A stretch of 64,000 nt of DNA from Calditrichia bacterium (GTDB lineage Bacteria > Calditrichota > Calditrichia > RBG-13-44-9 > J075), in NCBI GenBank assembly GCA_050633245.1, contig JBOEGD010000011.1, positions 160,001 through 224,000 of the forward strand. Reading direction: 5' to 3'. Numbering within the stretch: the first letter of the stretch is position 1; each line of letters begins with the position of its first letter. This document shows, piece by piece, positions 57,842 to 64,000 of this stretch. The position numbers and the translations under genes were made by a program. Below the pieces are notes generated by a model. That model saw nothing but the letters and a program-made list of their open reading frames with translations. It made no database searches and was not told the origin of the DNA.

Positions 57842-58072
57842 ATGACACTTGAAGAGAGAATCACTGTTGATCCACAGATATGCAACGGTAAACCCACTAT
57901 TCGTGGCAAGCGAATTACTGTTCAAACTATATTAGAGTACTTAAGCTCTGGTGACACCGCTGAAGAAATTCTTGAGCAATACCCATCGCTGGAAGCAGAA
58001 GATATCTTTGCCTGTCTTCGATTTGCCAGTAATTTGATGGGGCGTGGGTACGTAATTAAGCAAACAGCCTGA
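57842..58072 (+). CDS. DUF433 family antitoxin
   Basis: 'RITVDPQICNGKPTIRGKRITV..ILE.L..G....EIL..YP.L..EDI.ACL.FA'. Confidence 0.92.
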   Translation: MTLEERITVDPQICNGKPTIRGKRITVQTILEYLSSGDTAEEILEQYPSLEAEDIFACLRFASNLMGRGYVIKQTA

Positions 58073-58075
58073 TGT

Positions 58076-58432
58076 ATGGCAAAATTTTTGATTGACGCGA
58101 ATCTACCATATCAATTTTCACTCTGGCAAGATTCCGAGTTTCTTCATGTTTACGAGTTGGGAGATGATCTGCCTGATTCTGAAATTTGGACTTTTGCCTT
58201 AAAAAATACCCCCACAATTGTTTCTAAAGATGCAGATTTCACCGACCGTGCTGCCGCCTCGAGAAAGTCTCCAAGAATTATTCACCTCCGTGTCGGTAAT
58301 TTACGACTGAAGGAGCTGTATGATTTCCTCGTTGAAAATTGGTCAGATATCCGATCGCTAAGCGAAGACTTTGAAATAGTGCAGGTATTTACAGATCGCC
58401 TGGAAGGAATCGACATCAGTCGCGATGGCTAA
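58076..58432 (+). CDS. DUF5615 family PIN-like toxin (VapC45-like)
   Basis: 'KFLIDANLP', 'D.EIW..A', 'IVSKDADF', 'II.LRVGN'. Confidence 0.88.
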   Translation: MAKFLIDANLPYQFSLWQDSEFLHVYELGDDLPDSEIWTFALKNTPTIVSKDADFTDRAAASRKSPRIIHLRVGNLRLKELYDFLVENWSDIRSLSEDFEIVQVFTDRLEGIDISRDG

Positions 58433-58453
58433 GTTTATTGAATCTTGTCATGC

Positions 58454-58518
58454 CCGGAGTTTCAAATCCTCTCACTCCGACTTTAAGGCTCGAAAGCGAT
58501 TCGTTTTCGAGCCTTTTT
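58454..58518 (+). repeat. att-like copy of tRNA-Pro T-arm/3' end plus terminator
   Basis: Matches 57678-57742 with 3 substitutions. Confidence 0.9.
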
Positions 58519-58871
58519 GTTGTCACAGCATATTGTGGGATTAGAGAGCAAGTTTTGATAGTAAAAGTATAAAATGATTCATTTTTAATTATCAATCAGC
58601 AAGTGAGCGAAAGAAAATCGGCTTGAAAGGAATTTTCGCTATGTGACGATGTTATTCATAGATATTAAGCGCCGACGGCAAGTATAGCGATGGTGTTGTC
58701 GTCACGTCTACGCCACCTGTATTCATTTCAAAGATGGATATATGATTGCGACGTATCGCTTGAGAGGACGAGTATTCAACTGCTGCCTGTATAAAAATAG
58801 TAAGTTAATATACCAGTGGGCCACTACTAAAAATCACGTAAAACATTAAATGGAAGAAGCTGTGTAGAATT

Positions 58872-59246
58872 TTAGTCTTCTCTAATTACTGGATTATCAA
58901 GGTCCGCATCATTGATTTTCGTTTCTGGAGTTAATTTTGTCATAAAGTCTGGTTTTAGAACGATCTTCCAAACACCTAGAAGAAGACCGATTACGTCAGC
59001 GAGTAGAGTAGCACCAGCTGAAATGACTACAGATTCAGGAAAGAACTCTTTGTTGAACAAGATATATGTGCATAACAGCAAGACTGCGAACAACAAAAAA
59101 ACAGAAGAATACCCCATAATCAGTCGTAAAATGAACCATCGGGAATCCTGAAGAATTCTTAAGCTAAATATTTCCTGTTCTTGTCTTAATTGCTCCATTG
59201 CTCTTTCAAGTTTAATGGAGAGTTCTGTAATGTTTTCTTGACGCAT
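58872..59246 (-). CDS. Small protein with N-terminal coiled coil and two TM helices
   Basis: 'LERAMEQLRQEQE' followed by two hydrophobic segments; 7 nt downstream of the TIR gene. Confidence 0.7.
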   Translation of the reverse strand: MRQENITELSIKLERAMEQLRQEQEIFSLRILQDSRWFILRLIMGYSSVFLLFAVLLLCTYILFNKEFFPESVVISAGATLLADVIGLLLGVWKIVLKPDFMTKLTPETKINDADLDNPVIRED

Positions 59247-59253
59247 AAATAGT

Positions 59254-60015
59254 CTACGATTTATATTTGTTAGAATTTTTATTGCGCAAGATATCTTTTC
59301 TTGTCTTGTAAGAAATCAGGTAATAAGTGAATCCTCCTAGCGCGAGCATAAAAAGTGTATACAGCCCTTGTGATTTTATGTTTTTATCAAAAACATTGTC
59401 CGCAAGGACAAAATATGCTATTCCTAGTACAATAGCGGCGAATGCAGTCAGTATGAAGAATATATAAAACATAGAAAGATATGCTCGCGAAAGTTCAGTA
59501 GATTCTTTTCTCTCTGCACTCAAGTTCTTTCTTCCCTCCAGTATCATTTCTCTTTTAGTCTCAAGATATTTGACAGTATTGTTATCGCCATGTATAAATA
59601 TGGATTGATCGAATTGCTGAAGTGTTTCGAGAATTTTGGAAGATGTAAGCTTAACTTCTACTGGATCTGAGGGGTTTTTCAAGTTAATAGAGTGTAAATC
59701 TTGTAAAAAAAATGGTAGACGATTCACCTCACCAAGAAGAATCGGAATAATAAATTTTTCAGATTCCTCTTGCGACTTTGCTAGTGCGAGCGACAGCTCT
59801 TTCTGAAATGTGCCAGTTCTTTCTGTGCTTGCACTAATAAAAAAGAGGACAGCAAAACTTTCAGATATAGCCTCATTTAAAGCAGTGATCCAATGTTGGC
59901 CGGGTAGAAGGTCTGTTTTGTCAAACCAAACTTTAATTCCGGCTTGCTTGAGGTTCGCCACAATAGACTTAACAATTTTTGAATCTTCTTTTGAAGCACT
60001 TGCAAAAACTTGCAT
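59254..60015 (-). CDS. TIR domain protein with two C-terminal TM helices
   Basis: 'VFAS.S.ED', 'GIKVWFD..DL.PG..W', 'AISES..VLFFIS', 'QKEL' (TIR catalytic Glu position), 'IIPILL'. Confidence 0.85.
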   Translation of the reverse strand: MQVFASASKEDSKIVKSIVANLKQAGIKVWFDKTDLLPGQHWITALNEAISESFAVLFFISASTERTGTFQKELSLALAKSQEESEKFIIPILLGEVNRLPFFLQDLHSINLKNPSDPVEVKLTSSKILETLQQFDQSIFIHGDNNTVKYLETKREMILEGRKNLSAERKESTELSRAYLSMFYIFFILTAFAAIVLGIAYFVLADNVFDKNIKSQGLYTLFMLALGGFTYYLISYKTRKDILRNKNSNKYKS

Positions 60016-60138
60016 TTCTTACCACTGTCTTTTTGTAAAATTATTCTTAGAAACTATATCAATATACAGCAATTTCATAGTTTGTCAAATTTCAAAAGCC
60101 TTTAAGCTCTCCAAACTCCCATCTACATTTTCGACTGA

Positions 60139-60609
60139 AGCTCTATCCGTGCAAGGATATCTATCATAGTTCTTAAAAACGAAGTAATATACTCTCCTGA
60201 TCTTCAATTTGCTTGGCCTTTACCTTCTTTACAAAAAGAAGGAGAGTTTGTTGAGGACTGTGCTTTTGAACCTAGGGATGGTTATGAAGTCTTATACCAA
60301 GACGAAAGATAGCACAGGATAAAGCAGATAGTAGTTAAAACTAGCATTCTGGAAAAATCTTTAAGGTCAGAGCTTCAAAAAGAAAGATTGCAAGATGCTG
60401 AAATCTTTTATAGAGCTGGGAACCGTATTTTTGTTACGACCAACGAATCGGATAATAAAATAGTATTCATTGTCAGTGGGGGTGGTGATTCGCAATTTGG
60501 GGCAGTTTTGATAAGAGGCTTTGATAATAAAGGCGTCAGAATTGTTATAGAAAAGTTACTTCCAAGTCCAATTAGGCTCAAAACAGAAGCAATGCAAGTA
60601 GCCAATTAA
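60139..60609 (+). pseudogene. Probable gene remnant with an internal stop
   Basis: The frame of ORF 60388-60609 extends upstream to 60139, interrupted only by TAG at 60310-60312; no clear start. Confidence 0.35.
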
Positions 60610-60758
60610 TTGTTAAAATTAACGAAATAGGCTAGACATTATTATCGTGTTCCCTCATAGTTCTCTTGCAAAACCGGAGAAACGCGGAGAATGGCAGAGA
60701 TTCAAATGACATGTCTATATTAAACATAGACATGTTAATGAAATGGGAATCTGGTTCT

Positions 60759-60841
60759 GTTCGGGACGGTGAGGCCGGAGGTTCAAATCCTCTCACCCCG
60801 ACTTTAAGGCTCGAGAACGATTCGTTTTCGAGCCTTTTTTG
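60759..60841 (+). repeat. attR-like copy of tRNA-Pro 3' half (from the anticodon loop) plus terminator
   Basis: Identical to 57662-57744 except for one base in the terminator stem. Confidence 0.93.
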
Positions 60842-60856
60842 CGATTTAAGCTTTTG

Positions 60857-62575
60857 CTACTTCATCAAAAGTGCCCTACCAATTTTTATCTTCGAACCAG
60901 CCTGCAATCGAAAAAAGTATACGCCGCTACTCAAGTCTCCAGCATGCCAGTTGTAGACGTGGCGACCGGCAGATAGGTTTTTATTAACGAGTTCTGCAAC
61001 TTCTTCGCCAAGCGGATTGTAAATCTTCAACGATGTAAATGCGTCGCCTGGCAAATAGAATTCAATGTGGGTCGATGGATTGAAGGGATTCGGGTAGTTT
61101 TGTAGGAGCGTAAATTCCTCAAATGTTTTTATACCGTAATTCGAGGAGGCGCGAGAGCTACCATCTTTATACAGAACGTTCGACACAGGAATGGCACCTG
61201 CTGGGATTGTCTGTCGTCGATTTACCTTTGCTGCCCATTTCCTGGCATCATTATCATTCGATACGTTGTTATCCGCCAGCAGATTTGACACATAGGTCAA
61301 TACATCTCCGGCCGTGCGTCCATCTGCTGTTACAATAGTATACTGTCCCACCTTGTTAGACATCAGGTTTAGTACCAGAGCAGCGACCTGTCGGCGAGCA
61401 CGCTTGGTCTTGCTGAAATTGCGCCAAACCCGAACCAGTTTCCACCAGTCTACTAAGCTGCTTTCGCCTGAAAAATGAGTAAAGTGTGGATCATAATGCT
61501 CATGAGATTCAGCGATGTAGAGCAACAAATCTGCTTCGCTAACCTGAGTGTAAACTCCATTGCAGAATAAATGCCGAAAGAGCTGTCGAGACCAATACAC
61601 CGGCGGTTTCGAATTGTTTGCCGTTACCGTTTGTTCAAAAATGAAATCTACCGTGTCTGCATCACCGGCATCCAATGTATCCAGCTGTGGGTTGTCAACC
61701 GCAGAATATCCCAGTGGCTCGATAGCATTTAATAAATAGATGCCTGCCGGCACATCGAGAAAGGCATATTCCCCGTTAACGTTAGTCGCTAGTGTATCGA
61801 CACCACCAACAGGCGCACCGCTGGTATCAAGCAAGGCAACGTGAATTCCTGCTAGTCCGAGACCATTGGCGAATACCGTACCTGTGATATCTCCGGATGT
61901 TTCTACCTCGTCTCCAGCGATACTGACATTGTCCAGGAAGATGGCAGGTGCTTCATTTGTTCCAAATCCAACGCTGCCACTTGTCAACTCATCATCTATC
62001 GTTGTAAGTAAAAAATCCGTACCACTTCCCGGCACATTTCTGAAAGTGAGTTCATTCCCGATAACCGAAAACTCATAGCGCCCGGGTAACAAATTTATTC
62101 CCACCGAAGAAATTAAGCTGCCCTTGGATTCACTTGATATTCCAACAAAGGTTCCAGTACTGCGATTGTCTCTGAACACGACTGCGCGATAGTGGTTTGT
62201 TGGACTTTTGTAGCGCGCGAATACGCTGAGGTGATTGTTGTCGCGGATGAGTGGGCCCCCATCAAAGTCGAACTGTACCGTCACGTCGGTCAGCTCGGGT
62301 CCGGTATGCATTGCGCGGCTTATCCGGGAGAGCTCACAGTTGGCTGGTGATGCCTGTGGTGGGCGCTGGCTGCTGATGTGCAAACGTCCAGTATCAATAA
62401 CGATGGAATCGATACCGCAGGTATCCAGAAGCCAGGCTCCTCCTACATCGCCACGTTCGAAATCGTCGAAGAAACTATAGGATTGCGCATATAGTGAGGT
62501 CGAAACAAAAAACAGGGAGAAAAAAAGGAAATAAAAACTACGTCTGGTATAAAAAGATAACGTTTGGAGAGCCAT
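60857..62575 (-). CDS. Secreted multidomain protein (lectin-like + SdrD/Cna-B-like + T9SS-type C-terminal domain)
   Basis: AAGGAG RBS + ATG 62575; signal peptide; 'FDDFE'; 'ITGTVF...GL.G..V.L...TNVNGEY.F..VPAG.Y'; 'LLQNYPNPFNPST...SSGVYF.RL'. Confidence 0.8.
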   Translation of the reverse strand: MALQTLSFYTRRSFYFLFFSLFFVSTSLYAQSYSFFDDFERGDVGGAWLLDTCGIDSIVIDTGRLHISSQRPPQASPANCELSRISRAMHTGPELTDVTVQFDFDGGPLIRDNNHLSVFARYKSPTNHYRAVVFRDNRSTGTFVGISSESKGSLISSVGINLLPGRYEFSVIGNELTFRNVPGSGTDFLLTTIDDELTSGSVGFGTNEAPAIFLDNVSIAGDEVETSGDITGTVFANGLGLAGIHVALLDTSGAPVGGVDTLATNVNGEYAFLDVPAGIYLLNAIEPLGYSAVDNPQLDTLDAGDADTVDFIFEQTVTANNSKPPVYWSRQLFRHLFCNGVYTQVSEADLLLYIAESHEHYDPHFTHFSGESSLVDWWKLVRVWRNFSKTKRARRQVAALVLNLMSNKVGQYTIVTADGRTAGDVLTYVSNLLADNNVSNDNDARKWAAKVNRRQTIPAGAIPVSNVLYKDGSSRASSNYGIKTFEEFTLLQNYPNPFNPSTHIEFYLPGDAFTSLKIYNPLGEEVAELVNKNLSAGRHVYNWHAGDLSSGVYFFRLQAGSKIKIGRALLMK

Positions 62576-62908
62576 GGTAACTCCTTTCATGGACGGTGGA
62601 AGTTTACATGAGATGTATACAAACTTTCGCGTCATATGGGGAGTTGTGTGGATAGCTGAACAGGACGTTGGATTGAGATGGTTGATGGACATAGAAATGT
62701 CGGAGTGTCCTATAGTCAAATAATGTACTCTCGGGTTATTTTACAAGCTTAATTATTTTCCGTGCTGTAAGCTTAAACTCTCGCAAGCTGGCAATGATCT
62801 CTAAGCGCGAACCGGGTACGAGTAACGCAATATTAACCCTCTTTCATTTCGCAGCATTCCGTCATAAGTTTTAGCTGTGAACCAGTTAAAAAAATCCGGA
62901 GGTCTACG

Positions 62909-63886
62909 ATGCGAACTACTATTCTAGTGATCGTCTGTTTTGTTTGTTTTGGACTGAGCCTTTCTGCTCAGGAAATTCAGTCTACCGAAAAACTTCCCGA
63001 GGTTGTCATTAGCGGAACTGGTGAGACAACGATGCTGCTAATTGGTTGTATGTCGTGCCGGTGGAATGCCTGGGAGGAGTTTATGGCCCGAAATGAAGAC
63101 CGGTATACCATGTATGCGGTTACGGTTCCCGGCTATGGAGGGACTTCGGCGCCTGATCTGCCTGTAAACACTAAGGGCACACCATGGCGCGATCATTTGC
63201 TTGCCGGGCTCTCTGAGCTGCTGGACAAACATGAGTTAACAGACGTGGTGGTTATGGGACACTCCTGGGGAACGATGGTCGCGGTACAGCTGGCAGATTT
63301 GCGGCAGGATATCATCAGTAAAGTAGTTTCTGTCGATGGAACGATAGAAAGTAGCAGCTGGGTACCGGACAACAAAGTAGAGCAAATTGAGCAGGCCAAC
63401 TCGGTTATTGAGAACTACGGAGAGAAGCTGCAAAATGCTGAAGAGTGGAGTAAATTTAACGGTGCAGCCGTTGGAAATACCTTTGGCAAGACAGATAGCG
63501 TGTCGACAGAACGCATGAACACCCGAATAAAGCTGATAAGCAGCTTTATGGCGACTAACCGGCAGGCGATGCTGCAATACTGGCGGGAAAACCTGCTTGT
63601 CGATCTGTCTGCCAGTTTAATCAGGCTTAAGATCCCGGTGCTTGATATTCAATCCTTTACGGGGGAAGATCAGCTCGCGCAAAAAAAGCAACATTTGGAA
63701 ACGTTACGTCTGGCAAATGCTCCTGACAACGTTCAATCCGTATTTATGTTTGACACCAAACACTTTATTATGTATCATCGCCCGTTGGTTTTGGACAAGT
63801 TCGTTGCTGATTTTATTAAAGATAAACCAATCGCTGACTATGTTGAACCCGGTAGTTTTTTAGAAGAAGATCTGTTGGCGAACTAA
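62909..63886 (+). CDS. Secreted alpha/beta hydrolase
   Basis: GGAGG RBS, signal peptide, 'PGYGG', nucleophile GHSWG, 'TKHFIMY' His. Confidence 0.85.
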   Translation: MRTTILVIVCFVCFGLSLSAQEIQSTEKLPEVVISGTGETTMLLIGCMSCRWNAWEEFMARNEDRYTMYAVTVPGYGGTSAPDLPVNTKGTPWRDHLLAGLSELLDKHELTDVVVMGHSWGTMVAVQLADLRQDIISKVVSVDGTIESSSWVPDNKVEQIEQANSVIENYGEKLQNAEEWSKFNGAAVGNTFGKTDSVSTERMNTRIKLISSFMATNRQAMLQYWRENLLVDLSASLIRLKIPVLDIQSFTGEDQLAQKKQHLETLRLANAPDNVQSVFMFDTKHFIMYHRPLVLDKFVADFIKDKPIADYVEPGSFLEEDLLAN

Positions 63887-64000
63887 GAGTTTCTTGGTCC
63901 GCTTGTTAGACTTTTGTTATCAAAATGTGATACTTTTGTAAAGACAAATCAGCTTTTGTCGTTACATTGTGGGTCAACCTAAACCCATTACTATTTCAGG

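Larger units (their letters stand above)
57662..60841. mobile_element. Small integrase-free genomic island / tandem cassette array at the tRNA-Pro(CGG) 3' end
   Basis: Bounded by 83-bp direct repeats (57662-57744 and 60759-60841) with an internal third copy at 58454-58518; distal part visibly AT-rich; TA and TIR cargo. Confidence 0.75.

Noticed and set aside
60759-60801. Possible third tRNA-Pro gene
   Set aside because: Lacks the 5' acceptor strand and D-arm; it is an att-type fragment (the same applies to 58454-58480)
57662-60841. CRISPR array interpretation of the three repeats
   Set aside because: Repeats are tRNA-derived, 65-83 bp long, separated by 0.7-2.2 kb of genes; no cas genes

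Overview
A 64-kb, gene-dense bacterial chromosomal window, most likely from an FCB-group organism such as a Calditrichota/KSB1-like lineage. This is inferred from a PorV-like gene, two proteins with T9SS-type 'PNP' C-terminal tails, and the sigma54-activator-lptE-TPR block. Most of it is housekeeping: a DnaQ-DinG fusion, hpnCDE squalene genes, LPS-type glycosyltransferases, tesA-ybbA-ybbP, abgT, an XPB-like helicase with DUF790/Bax1, an S8 protease, coaE, DnaQ-UvrC-like, an M16 peptidase, pcm, DUF368 and two tRNA-Pro genes. Two loci stand out. (1) A ~13-kb minus-strand cluster (31019-44018) holds four tandem cobalamin-binding radical SAM paralogs, two GNAT-like proteins, a TonB-dependent receptor, a bacterial GH3 acyl-adenylate ligase and a beta-barrel protein. 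It has no visible NRPS/PKS/ACP or precursor peptide, so it is a candidate uncharacterised biosynthetic or modification system. (2) Downstream of tRNA-Pro(CGG), the tRNA 3' end plus its terminator recurs twice more. These copies delimit two small integrase-free cassettes, one with a DUF433/DUF5615 toxin-antitoxin pair and one with a TIR-2TM + 2TM candidate defence pair. All calls come from reading motifs by eye; no database searches were run.
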